Shown piece by piece: positions 40,649 to 50,229 of a stretch of 64,000 nt of DNA; position 1 is the first letter of the stretch; each line of letters opens with the position of its first letter. The position numbers were made by a program, and so were the translations under genes. Source of the DNA: Candidatus Omnitrophota bacterium (lineage in GTDB: Bacteria; Omnitrophota; Gorgyraeia; JAZDFF01); the NCBI GenBank assembly GCA_043808095.1, contig JAZDFF010000042.1, positions 137,364 to 201,363 of the forward strand, written 5' to 3'. The notes beneath the pieces were generated by a model, which made no database searches, was not told where the DNA came from, and worked only from the letters and a program-made list of their open reading frames with translations.

Positions 40649-41473
40649 TTATGGAAAAAAGGACAAAATTACTGGCTTTCGAATCAATACAATTAAGTCT
40701 TCAGCAAAAATATCTCTGAGGTATGCGTTTTCACTAAGCAGCTCTGACAAAGAGTAATTAAATCTTTCAATCTTAGAATTGGCATCGTAATAGAACCTAA
40801 AATTAAGAAACCCGGCGGCTTTAATAATCTTCACCATTTTTATTTTTGTTAATAGGCCGATATGCTGAGGATTATTGCCTGTAGTATGAGGAATCAAGAC
40901 ATCAAAAGGATTTTTCAATTTTATAACTCTCATAATCATTTTGAATAATTTAGAAAATCGTAAATATTTCAAATTAGGCGTCTTGATAACAATAATGCCT
41001 CCCGGCTTCAATACTCTCTTCATTTCTTTAAGCACCGATATATTGTCTTCTTCGCACATATGTTCAAAGAAATCAGATGAAATGACTTTATCAAAAAAAT
41101 TATCGGCAAAACGTAATTTTCTTGCATCGCCCTCAATGGCCTGTCCTTTAAGTGAATATTTCTTTAAGTATATATTTACTTTTTCTATGTATTCTGAAGA
41201 AATGTCTACGCCATAGACTTCCGCTCCAAGCAGGCCGCAATACGTCATCATTGGCCCATCTGCGCAACCAACATCAAGTATTTTTTCGTCTTTTTTGACA
41301 TTTAATAAATGCAGGATATAATCTTTGTGTCTTATATAACCCATATCCCGATAGGCGCCTTTAAGATTATCTTCTCCTCCTTTAATATCATCGTTTCTGG
41401 CGTAAAAATAACCTTTTAACCAACCGTCTTCAGGATAGGAACTAAGTATCTCGTAGCCTTTAAATTTCGCCAT
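40649..41473 (-). CDS. class I SAM-dependent methyltransferase
   Basis: 274 aa with ILDVGCADGPM and LKPGGIIVIKTPN. Confidence 0.75.
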   Translation of the reverse strand: MAKFKGYEILSSYPEDGWLKGYFYARNDDIKGGEDNLKGAYRDMGYIRHKDYILHLLNVKKDEKILDVGCADGPMMTYCGLLGAEVYGVDISSEYIEKVNIYLKKYSLKGQAIEGDARKLRFADNFFDKVISSDFFEHMCEEDNISVLKEMKRVLKPGGIIVIKTPNLKYLRFSKLFKMIMRVIKLKNPFDVLIPHTTGNNPQHIGLLTKIKMVKIIKAAGFLNFRFYYDANSKIERFNYSLSELLSENAYLRDIFAEDLIVLIRKPVILSFFP

Positions 41474-41513
41474 CTCTACCTTTTGTTATGGCCTTTTATG
41501 CATATTGCGGCTA

Positions 41514-42620
41514 TCATTTAAATGACCTTACCGCCTCAATTATCTTATTCACTTCTTCTTCTTTTAAGTCAGTAAATAGAGGCAAGGTTACTATCTCTTT
41601 CCAGACATTTTCGGTTACGGGCACGTCGGCCTTGAAATTTTTATACATCGCATAATGATGGTTTGGGATATAATGGACCCCGGCTGCAATACCGTTATCT
41701 CTAAGATGCGCTATAAAACCGTCTCGGTCTTCAACTTTAACCACATAATTATGGTGGACGCATTTTGCATATTGTTTAACCACGGGAGTCTTAAGCCAAC
41801 TCAGGCCTTTAAATCCTTCATTATATTTCATCGAAATCCTTCGCCTTATGTCGTTAAGCCTGTCTAGTTTCTTAAGCTGTACGAGGCCTATGGCAGCATT
41901 AATATCGCTCATATGATATTTATAACCAAGTTCTACAACATCATAGTACCAAAAGTATTTCTCCGCCATCTCGGAACGGCTCCAGGTATCCTTGGTAATA
42001 CCTACCCATCTGAGCCTCCTGAGCCGGCGGTCAAACCCTTCGTTGTTGGTGGTAATCATTCCACCCTCACCGGTGGTTAAATTTTTTACAGCATGAAAAC
42101 TAAAACAGGCGATATCTCCCAATGACCCTAATTTCTTATGGTTATATTCACCGCCACAGGCATGGGCGACATCCTCAACTACCGCTATGCCCTTAGCTTT
42201 GGCAATATCAAGGATAGGAGCCATATCAACGGGGTGGCCACCATAGTGCATTACTATTATTGCCTTAGTATTGGGCGTAATCTTACGTATGATATCTTTA
42301 GGCTCCACCGTAAGGGTATCGGGACACACATCCGCGAAAACAGGGATACCGCGGTTATAGAGAATGGCGTGATTTGCTGAGATGAAGGTTAGCGAAGGTG
42401 TTATAACTTCTTTGCCCTCTATACCTGTTACCATCAAGGCTAAATGTAGGGCCGCGGAGCAGGAATTTGTCCCAATGGCAAATTTTACTCCTATGTAATC
42501 TCCGAAGGCATGCTCAAACTCCTCTGTCTTTGGCCCCAGACCGATCCAACCCGACTCAAATGCCTCTCTTACCGCATTTAATTCATCTTCTCCAATAGAA
42601 GGCTTAAACAGCGGGATCAT
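41514..42620 (-). CDS. DegT/DnrJ/EryC1/StrS-family sugar aminotransferase
   Basis: 368 aa with CSAALHLAL, DVAHACGG and SFHAVKNLTTGEGGM (PLP-Lys). Confidence 0.85.
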   Translation of the reverse strand: MIPLFKPSIGEDELNAVREAFESGWIGLGPKTEEFEHAFGDYIGVKFAIGTNSCSAALHLALMVTGIEGKEVITPSLTFISANHAILYNRGIPVFADVCPDTLTVEPKDIIRKITPNTKAIIVMHYGGHPVDMAPILDIAKAKGIAVVEDVAHACGGEYNHKKLGSLGDIACFSFHAVKNLTTGEGGMITTNNEGFDRRLRRLRWVGITKDTWSRSEMAEKYFWYYDVVELGYKYHMSDINAAIGLVQLKKLDRLNDIRRRISMKYNEGFKGLSWLKTPVVKQYAKCVHHNYVVKVEDRDGFIAHLRDNGIAAGVHYIPNHHYAMYKNFKADVPVTENVWKEIVTLPLFTDLKEEEVNKIIEAVRSFK

Positions 42621-43111
42621 TTTTTCACCTCAAGAATTACTTCCATGGCCCCTACAACATTAAAGAGATATCTCCTTAGATATTTCTTAAAGGGCAGCCA
42701 TTTAATAAGATTACTGTAGTGATATTTTATTCTTACAACCTTAAAATTTGTATTTATTTTGTAATCCGAGCCATACCAATCATCCTTGGAAAAATACCTG
42801 AATGTCTCTTCGGTAAAAAAGTTGCGATGCGTGGGATCTTTAAAGGCATTTATGGATGTATAGTAAGGCACAACAAATTCTACCTCTGCGCCGTTACGGC
42901 AGACCCGGTAAATCTCCTGGAAAAGAAATATCATGTCCTGGATGTGTTCAAATAAATAATTGGAATATATTTTATCTACACAGCCGCTTTTAATCGGCAG
43001 ACCTCTTTCTATATCGCAAACCAAATCAACACCGTCTAAATAAACTTTATCCAGGCCGATATGCCCGGCCCTTTTCCTGCTTCCGCATCCTAAGTCTAAG
43101 CAAATTTCCAT
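42617..43111 (-). CDS. small class I SAM-dependent methyltransferase
   Basis: 164 aa with MEICLDLGCGSRK (motif I) and YSNYLFEH. Confidence 0.6.
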   Translation of the reverse strand: MEICLDLGCGSRKRAGHIGLDKVYLDGVDLVCDIERGLPIKSGCVDKIYSNYLFEHIQDMIFLFQEIYRVCRNGAEVEFVVPYYTSINAFKDPTHRNFFTEETFRYFSKDDWYGSDYKINTNFKVVRIKYHYSNLIKWLPFKKYLRRYLFNVVGAMEVILEVKK

Positions 43112-43128
43112 ATCCCCCTCTGGTATGT

Positions 43129-45261
43129 TTAATGTTTTACCTTATAGAGCGTAACGTCCTCATTTGAAAAAACCGGCTTAAGAATAGCGTATTTATCAAA
43201 TTTTAAAACCTGTCCCCTGGAGACCCAAACGTAATTTACTCCATATAGTTCTAATATAGAACTGGCCCGGTCTTTATCACTGGTTGAGAAAAAAGTTTCT
43301 ATATCCGAAATTCGTCTCTCTAAGCCATTATAGAAATCAGGGATATATCTGCCTCCGGCAATATGCCAGGAACATTCCAGCACAAATCTTCGTTGAGCTA
43401 AGCCGGAAAAAAAAGCATCCCTATCTCCTTCGCCTTCGCGGATTTTTTTCCTGCTTGACTCTGAAAACCAAGGCCTGGCGGAAATCTTATGTAAAATAAC
43501 GCTGTCAAATTTTGTCTTCTCTCTTAGATAATTAATAGCCACTAACTCGTCATTATTCACTAATTTATATTTAACATTCTTGGGTAAGTATTTTAAAAGA
43601 TGGATTGGAATAGCGCCACAGCCAATAAAAAATATAACTAATAAAAACGCTATTTGCTTTATCGGCTTTTCTGATTTTCTAAAACGGTGATATATTTCCA
43701 CAGCAAAGAAAATGTTAATTATTATAATAAAAAGAAAATAAAAATTTCCGGTGCCAGAGCCGATTGCTGTAACGGTATTGAGGGTAAATGTATGGGTATA
43801 AAGAAATGAGAAGAAAAGACAGGCCAAAAACAGTAAGAAAACCCAGGATAAATTTTTCCATGACCTAAAATACTTATAAACTCTTGGTATAATAACAATT
43901 CTAATTCCTATATTTCCGATGAGAAAGATTATAAAGGCAAACAAAAGTAGCAGTGGACTTGATTTCCAAAATGTATTCGCCTCACTAGAACCAATTAATC
44001 CTAATTCATTAAGTTTAATACTAGTCAAATAGGCTGGTGAAAATTTAAAAATCGAAGATGCAGTTTTAGATAATGTTTTTGAAATTAACAAAGTTGATAA
44101 TATAAAGTTTATCAATAAAATCTCTAAGAAAATCTTGTCCTTACTAGAAAAATATTTTAGAAGAAGTATTAAAATTAATGCTGAAAAAACAACCACTCCC
44201 ATAAATGCTTTATAATAAAAAAGGAGAGCAAAAAAGAAGGCACTAATCAGAATTACCGACCTCTTTCTTGTCCTTTCTGCCAAAGCCCAAAAGTATAGCC
44301 CTGAGAAAAATGCTAGAAGACCACTAATAAAAGGCGGATTAAAAAATATTGTTGATCCAAAAATATCGCCTGAAAGAAGTATTGTCGGTAAGTTAAAACC
44401 GGGGATTATCCTACGCATTAATGGAATAACCCAATCCAGGCCTCCCATAAAAAAAACAGAAAATGTTGCCATGCAGGCGATTTTTCGGTTTTCCAATACA
44501 CGCCGCATAGTTATATAACAAATAAGCACCAAAAGCGGAAAAATAAATAGCGGTCGTAATTTTAAAAATAAAGTCATTAAATCAAATTTTCCAAATCGAA
44601 GCAAAATTGCCAGCCATAAAAAGCTTCCGGAATGATAACCTTTAAAGGGAGCGTTGGCCCAAAACGGAAACTGATGTGGAAATGGATGAGCTAGTTCGCC
44701 AATTTGAGACATTTGGGCAATAGAATCGTAGGCGTTGTTATCATAGAAATGTAATCCATCAGGATAGATCATGGTGCTGGGATAAAAAAGAAATATAGCT
44801 ACCCCCACAAAGAATGCGAGTATAATCACTAAATAAAGTGAGACCGTATCAAGTTTTATATTAAGAATGGCGCCATTGTTAAATAATGGCGTGTGTACCA
44901 AATCTTTTATCCGATAAATCAAAAAAACCAACCCTACTGCTAAAAAGAGATAAGGAAACAGCGAATCAATTGTTAATGCCCCTAATAGCGTATAAATCTC
45001 TGAAGCGAAGAAAAGTCCGGTAGATAGTGATAAAACAAAACTATCCAGCCCGGATAGATTTAATTTTAAAAATCTAATTATAATTTTACCGGGTATATAA
45101 AAAAATATTACGACCAGTAAAATAAACTTATAAACAGTCGTTAAATCATCGAACCAGACTTTAAACAAAGCAGAAAACAGAAATAATATTACCCCAAATC
45201 CAAAAAGCACCCCTTTATAATTAAATGTTCTTTCTCTTTTTAAAATTGAAATTTTTAACAT
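43129..45261 (-). CDS. large polytopic membrane protein, GT-C-like (N-terminal roughly 16 TM + C-terminal soluble domain)
   Basis: 710 aa. Its loop motif YDNNAYDSIAQMSQ resembles DAQAYSEIAQ of the 36786..38081 GT-C protein, and the C-terminal roughly 150 aa are hydrophilic. Confidence 0.4.
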   Translation of the reverse strand: MLKISILKRERTFNYKGVLFGFGVILFLFSALFKVWFDDLTTVYKFILLVVIFFYIPGKIIIRFLKLNLSGLDSFVLSLSTGLFFASEIYTLLGALTIDSLFPYLFLAVGLVFLIYRIKDLVHTPLFNNGAILNIKLDTVSLYLVIILAFFVGVAIFLFYPSTMIYPDGLHFYDNNAYDSIAQMSQIGELAHPFPHQFPFWANAPFKGYHSGSFLWLAILLRFGKFDLMTLFLKLRPLFIFPLLVLICYITMRRVLENRKIACMATFSVFFMGGLDWVIPLMRRIIPGFNLPTILLSGDIFGSTIFFNPPFISGLLAFFSGLYFWALAERTRKRSVILISAFFFALLFYYKAFMGVVVFSALILILLLKYFSSKDKIFLEILLINFILSTLLISKTLSKTASSIFKFSPAYLTSIKLNELGLIGSSEANTFWKSSPLLLLFAFIIFLIGNIGIRIVIIPRVYKYFRSWKNLSWVFLLFLACLFFSFLYTHTFTLNTVTAIGSGTGNFYFLFIIIINIFFAVEIYHRFRKSEKPIKQIAFLLVIFFIGCGAIPIHLLKYLPKNVKYKLVNNDELVAINYLREKTKFDSVILHKISARPWFSESSRKKIREGEGDRDAFFSGLAQRRFVLECSWHIAGGRYIPDFYNGLERRISDIETFFSTSDKDRASSILELYGVNYVWVSRGQVLKFDKYAILKPVFSNEDVTLYKVKH

Positions 45262-45285
45262 TCTATTTATGCTGATTCATAAATC

Positions 45286-46794
45286 TTATTCGGATGTTTT
45301 GTCTATTATGCCTCGGGTTAGTTTATACAATGTTATTTCTATAGGGAAAGAATAAAAATTAAACGAAAGTCTTATCCTGGCTAAGCGCTGAAAAATCCTA
45401 AATACGAATTTAACTAAAATAGCAAATCTCTTTTCTTTTATTTTTTCGCGTGTTGCCTGCGATGGATAGGCAAGCTGAAAATAGAAAAAGGCGACATCGC
45501 GGATTAGCCTTCTATATCTATCATCAAGCCACGGCGTCTTTACATCTCTTAAGGTATGTTTTGACCACTCGAGTAAACTCTTTGGCTCTTTCATCCCGTT
45601 TTTAAGTGCCATTTCATAAAGATCAGTTCCGGGGTATGGCGTGTACAGAAATAGCTTAAACTCAGTTTCTGGGTAAAATCGTTTTAACTTTAATGCCAAT
45701 TTTATAGTCATATGTAAATCTCTTCTGGGTGACATTGGGAAACCAGCCATCGTTGAAAGGATCGGCGATATTCCATGTCTTTTTGCTTTTTTTACAAACT
45801 CGATCGTATCTTGCACGGTAGAATCTTTGTGAACCAAATCAAGAATGGCCTGTTCTCCAGATTCAGCTCCGGTAAGAATCCTACTGCAGCCGCTTTCTTT
45901 TAATAATTCATAAAAATCATCATCAAATTTAGCCAATTGTCTGGGATGGCCTAGAGTATCCCATTTTATCCCTAACTTGTTTTTAATAAAACCGCGGCAG
46001 ATCTCTTCTACCCTCTTTTTGTCCACTAAGAAATTATTATCCTCGCAATAAATCCCCTCAAGATTATATGTCTTTACTAAAAAAGTCACCTCTTGTATTA
46101 CGCGCTCTGATTTTAATCCAAACCATCGACGATTGTATACCATCTTATCAACGCAAAATCCGCACGCATATGGACAACCCTGGGTAGATAGATAACTCAT
46201 CGTCCTCAATTTTGAAACAGGATGGATGCCTACATAGTTTTCTAAATTTACCAAATTAAATGTATAGGGAGGAAAATTATTAATATCTTCAAGGGGGCGC
46301 GCCGGGTTTTTAACTAAATTACCGTCAACTTTAAATGCTGTGCCCAAGAGCCCATCTAAGGACGAGCCTTGCTTAAGTCTTTCTACCAGTTCGGCAAACG
46401 TCCTTTCTCCCTGCCCGTAAACCACAATATCTACATAGGGATTTTCCAATGTTTGTTCGGGAAAAATTGAAGGATGCCATCCGCCCCAAACAATAGGTAA
46501 ATCAGGATAACTTTCTTTAACTACCTTAGCTATGTCCAGCCCTCCTTTTATCTGACTGCCGGTAAAAGCACTAATCCCAAAACATATAGCCCTATCCAAG
46601 GAAGATAGAACTTTCTTCTGAATACCCTGCTCAACGCGTTCATCAAATATCATAACCTCAACATTATTCTCAAGTAACAAGCCGGATATAGATATTACGG
46701 AAAAAGGAGTTCTATGCCAAGTCGTATCGGGCAATAAGGGATCAGGGAAAAATAAAACTACTCTATTTTTGCCAACAATTTGCTTTCCTGACAT
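45286..46794 (-). CDS. B12-binding domain radical SAM protein (class B rSAM) paralog 5
   Basis: 502 aa with FGISAFTG, IVWGGWHPSIFP, TQGCPYACGFCVD and YTPYPGTDLY. Confidence 0.85.
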   Translation of the reverse strand: MSGKQIVGKNRVVLFFPDPLLPDTTWHRTPFSVISISGLLLENNVEVMIFDERVEQGIQKKVLSSLDRAICFGISAFTGSQIKGGLDIAKVVKESYPDLPIVWGGWHPSIFPEQTLENPYVDIVVYGQGERTFAELVERLKQGSSLDGLLGTAFKVDGNLVKNPARPLEDINNFPPYTFNLVNLENYVGIHPVSKLRTMSYLSTQGCPYACGFCVDKMVYNRRWFGLKSERVIQEVTFLVKTYNLEGIYCEDNNFLVDKKRVEEICRGFIKNKLGIKWDTLGHPRQLAKFDDDFYELLKESGCSRILTGAESGEQAILDLVHKDSTVQDTIEFVKKAKRHGISPILSTMAGFPMSPRRDLHMTIKLALKLKRFYPETEFKLFLYTPYPGTDLYEMALKNGMKEPKSLLEWSKHTLRDVKTPWLDDRYRRLIRDVAFFYFQLAYPSQATREKIKEKRFAILVKFVFRIFQRLARIRLSFNFYSFPIEITLYKLTRGIIDKTSE

Positions 46795-46820
46795 ATTAAC
46801 TAAACCGTCTCCTTTATTCT

Positions 46821-48734
46821 TTATTTAACAAAATTGGTGGCTGACATTGTATTGATTAACTCAACAATTCGCTGCGAAGAACACCCATCTAATTTACCTG
46901 CATAATATGCAACAAGTTTTTTTCTATTTGATACCAATTCTTCTTTAAGTTTTGCATTTTCCAAAAGCCCTTCTATCGCGGGAGCTATATCTTCGGCCTT
47001 ATATACACCTAAGGCCGCTCCTCGTTCAGCAAATGGAAGGGCGTCTTTCCTTTTGGTTAAGTTTATGGTAATTAATGGCTTATCGAGAATCATTGCCTCC
47101 AAACCAACTGTAGAGTTAACTGTCATCAAAAGGATGCTAGCCCTAATCAAGGCAAAAATATCTATATCCCTAACAAGAATGAAATTTTCGGAACCTATCT
47201 TTTTTATCAACCTTTCATATATCGAGTAATCTTCAAAGGGATGAAGCTTTACAACCAGTTTTATATTATTAGGTATTTTTTTAATAGAAGCTATAACGCT
47301 TCTCAATAAGACCTCGTTTTCATCTTCTGTTCTATAAGAAGAAAACTTCGTAATGGGTTGTGTAGCTAAAATAATAAATTTTTTTTTAGGATCTAGGCCT
47401 AATTTTTTATAAATTATTTTTCTTTCTGACTCTTGGCTTTTAGAGTAAATTCTATCGTATTTAGGGCTACCAGTGATTGCCAATTTGTTAGTAGGATTCC
47501 CTAGAGAGATATAACGATCAAAGTCTGCCTGACCCCAAACCGCTGTCTTAGTACAAAATAAGATATCATGACCATTATTTTCTGAAAGTACCCCATGGGT
47601 AATATACAAAGTAGGAATATTTAATTCCCGCGCAGCCATTATAATAGTTTTTTCTATTTCCCTGCCATCGGCTCTTAACACAATCGATTTAATTGACCTA
47701 TCTTTAGAAAATTGTTTTAACTGAGCAATGATATTTAAGATACGCGGAAATCTTTCTTTAAAAAATTGTGAAAGCGCCCCCTCCACTAAACCCCAAATTG
47801 GAATATCCTTATATATAAACCTATCCTTAAAAGACGAATTTCGAGATAACTCTTCCCATTTTACGAAAAATTTATTTACTTGTTCCTTTAGTCTCCTCTT
47901 CATTCTACCAGAGGCAGGAATATTGAAAGAGATATATGTCTTCTTTCTTTTAAGACTATATATTCTATTAGCTAAACCTTTCCCTATAGGACAGAATATA
48001 AAATTCTCCAATCGATGGTGTCCTGTCAAAAGAAGATACGCCCGGGGATCAATCAGGATAAAATTATTTAACTTTGCCCTCATAAGAAATAATTGAACTA
48101 ATGGATCAATCAGAAAAAAATAAAAAATATCCGAAAATCTATCCCTAACTCTTCTTTTAAGAAATATTAATGAGTGGAATATGGGTCTATTTACTAAAGA
48201 TAAGATTGGGATATTATTAATCTGACCAGTGATCTTGGCAGCGTCGCACAATTCTTCGGTATCTTCAATGGTTATGATCTTATCAGGTTTTTCCAGACTA
48301 ACAACTCTGTTTATCACTTCCAGATACTTCAGCCGGCAAATCAAAAACCATTGAAAATTGAATTCGGTTAGGCACCCTAAGTGAATATTCTCGTATTCAG
48401 TTATATTTTTTCCATCCTCACCTCTAACTAAATACCAAGTCCGAGTTAAATTTAAGGCATATTCGTCAATATATTTATAGTCTTGGCCCTGAAGATAATC
48501 TTCGGATAATCCCAGGTTGAAATTTAATCCTTGAAAATAAACCGGAACCTTTGAGTTAAAACATATAATTATAAACTTTCCCTTGAATTCTTGTTCAATC
48601 TCCTCAATCAATAATGCTAACTTGTCTAAATTCTCCTGCATTTTAATAAAGAAAACCGTCTTCTGTGAATCCGAAGAAAGAAATTGTAAAATCTTGTGTT
48701 TCCAATTTTCAAAAGGAAAGTATTTATTTTGCAT
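46821..48734 (-). CDS. GT-B-like transferase of the TagF (CDP-glycerol glycerophosphotransferase) / KpsS capsule-synthesis type
   Basis: 637 aa. The C-terminal half has ILATQP.., VVKLHPFE and ..TVNSTVGLEAMILDKPLITI, which matches the TagF/Capsule_synth pattern (KxHP..SxxGxEA..KP). Confidence 0.4.
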   Translation of the reverse strand: MQNKYFPFENWKHKILQFLSSDSQKTVFFIKMQENLDKLALLIEEIEQEFKGKFIIICFNSKVPVYFQGLNFNLGLSEDYLQGQDYKYIDEYALNLTRTWYLVRGEDGKNITEYENIHLGCLTEFNFQWFLICRLKYLEVINRVVSLEKPDKIITIEDTEELCDAAKITGQINNIPILSLVNRPIFHSLIFLKRRVRDRFSDIFYFFLIDPLVQLFLMRAKLNNFILIDPRAYLLLTGHHRLENFIFCPIGKGLANRIYSLKRKKTYISFNIPASGRMKRRLKEQVNKFFVKWEELSRNSSFKDRFIYKDIPIWGLVEGALSQFFKERFPRILNIIAQLKQFSKDRSIKSIVLRADGREIEKTIIMAARELNIPTLYITHGVLSENNGHDILFCTKTAVWGQADFDRYISLGNPTNKLAITGSPKYDRIYSKSQESERKIIYKKLGLDPKKKFIILATQPITKFSSYRTEDENEVLLRSVIASIKKIPNNIKLVVKLHPFEDYSIYERLIKKIGSENFILVRDIDIFALIRASILLMTVNSTVGLEAMILDKPLITINLTKRKDALPFAERGAALGVYKAEDIAPAIEGLLENAKLKEELVSNRKKLVAYYAGKLDGCSSQRIVELINTMSATNFVK

Positions 48735-50229
48735 TCAAATTTGATTTTTCTTTTACCATTTGTAATACGGTGTCAAATATCATAGTCCTTTTATTAAGAT
48801 AGAATAACAATGGTAAACATGCCGTTAAAAAAATAAGCATTTGTAAAAGAAGGCAAATAAGATCAAGCTTTAAATTCTGGAAAGTATTTCTGAAAATTAA
48901 ATTAATAATTATTAAAACACTAGTTGTCCAAACAAAAGGTGCATACAAAATGAAAAGAAATTTCAGGTGCTCCTTTAAGATGCGTGTATAATTACTAAAG
49001 GCAGCGGCGATTAAAGCCAGGCTATAGACAAAATAGGTTAGTGCTGTTGCTAATGCTACTCCGGTTAGACCCAAATTAAAAATCTTTAATAAACTGTAAT
49101 TTAATATTACGCTTATTAAAACAACGCTTGCCCCAATGATTACGATAAACTTCTGTTTATTTAGTGCTGTCAGGAGATACCCTGACATATTGGTAACGGA
49201 GATGAAAAATGTCCCAAGCATCAATATGATAGCTGGCAAGAGCCCTGGTAAATATTTTGGCAGTATATAATGGAGGATTAAAGGCAATACTAATACAGCC
49301 AAACCAACAAAAATTGGGAATAAATATGCGAAGGCCAGAGTAGGATACTCATAATAGTTTTTTATATCTTGAATATTGCCCATTCTTCCGAAAGCCTCAT
49401 AGAAGTTAGGAAATAACACAGCATAAATTAAATTTGGTAACTGAAAAACATAACCGTGCATCATCGTGGCGATACTATAATATCCTAAATTTGTTCTGTC
49501 TAAAAAACCAATTATCATAAATCTATCTACGCTTCTCAATAACATAAAAATAAATCCACTTAAAAGTAAAGGGAAACCAATTTTTATAAGTCTTTTTACT
49601 TCCGTTAAAGGAAATGGAATTTTTAGTTTAAACTGATATCCGCTTGAACTATAAAGATAGGCCAATCTGGCCAAACCAATTAATACAAGGGCTACGAGTA
49701 AACCGTAAAACCCAAATTTCAATAATAAAACAGTAGAAAAAATCAGATTAACCACGCCCATAATTAAAATATATTTAGTCAATAAATCAAATTTATGATG
49801 CGTACGAATCACGACAACATAGAAAGAAATAAAAGCATGTACTATGTTCAAGAATGCGATTATACGAATTCCATTTATAATCATGGATTCATGCATTCCA
49901 TGCATAAAGAACGAATATAATATCAAAATTACCCCAAAGACCAATGAACTAAACATACAGAAACTGAAACCCACGTTACTGATTTCCTTTACCCGGGCAT
50001 AATCCTTTTTACCATTTAAAATTGGGATTTCCCTATCTAGGGCATCTAATACACCCAAATTGTGATTCTTGCCATATTCAAACAATAACATCAATTCCAT
50101 AAATATGCCCATCGTCGCTGGACCAAGGATACGACGTATTATTATTCCTGTAATAAAATCAAGGAAATTGGAGATGTAATTTCCAGCGCTAAACTTTATA
50201 GCATTTTTGATTATCTTTTTTCTACTCAC
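48724..50229 (-). CDS. Wzx-like flippase (MOP/MATE-like polysaccharide biosynthesis protein)
   Basis: 501 aa and multi-TM with an N-terminal KFSAGNYISNFLDFITGIIIRRILGPATMGIF, and it overlaps rSAM6 by 4 nt. Confidence 0.7.
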   Translation of the reverse strand: MSRKKIIKNAIKFSAGNYISNFLDFITGIIIRRILGPATMGIFMELMLLFEYGKNHNLGVLDALDREIPILNGKKDYARVKEISNVGFSFCMFSSLVFGVILILYSFFMHGMHESMIINGIRIIAFLNIVHAFISFYVVVIRTHHKFDLLTKYILIMGVVNLIFSTVLLLKFGFYGLLVALVLIGLARLAYLYSSSGYQFKLKIPFPLTEVKRLIKIGFPLLLSGFIFMLLRSVDRFMIIGFLDRTNLGYYSIATMMHGYVFQLPNLIYAVLFPNFYEAFGRMGNIQDIKNYYEYPTLAFAYLFPIFVGLAVLVLPLILHYILPKYLPGLLPAIILMLGTFFISVTNMSGYLLTALNKQKFIVIIGASVVLISVILNYSLLKIFNLGLTGVALATALTYFVYSLALIAAAFSNYTRILKEHLKFLFILYAPFVWTTSVLIIINLIFRNTFQNLKLDLICLLLQMLIFLTACLPLLFYLNKRTMIFDTVLQMVKEKSNLNAK

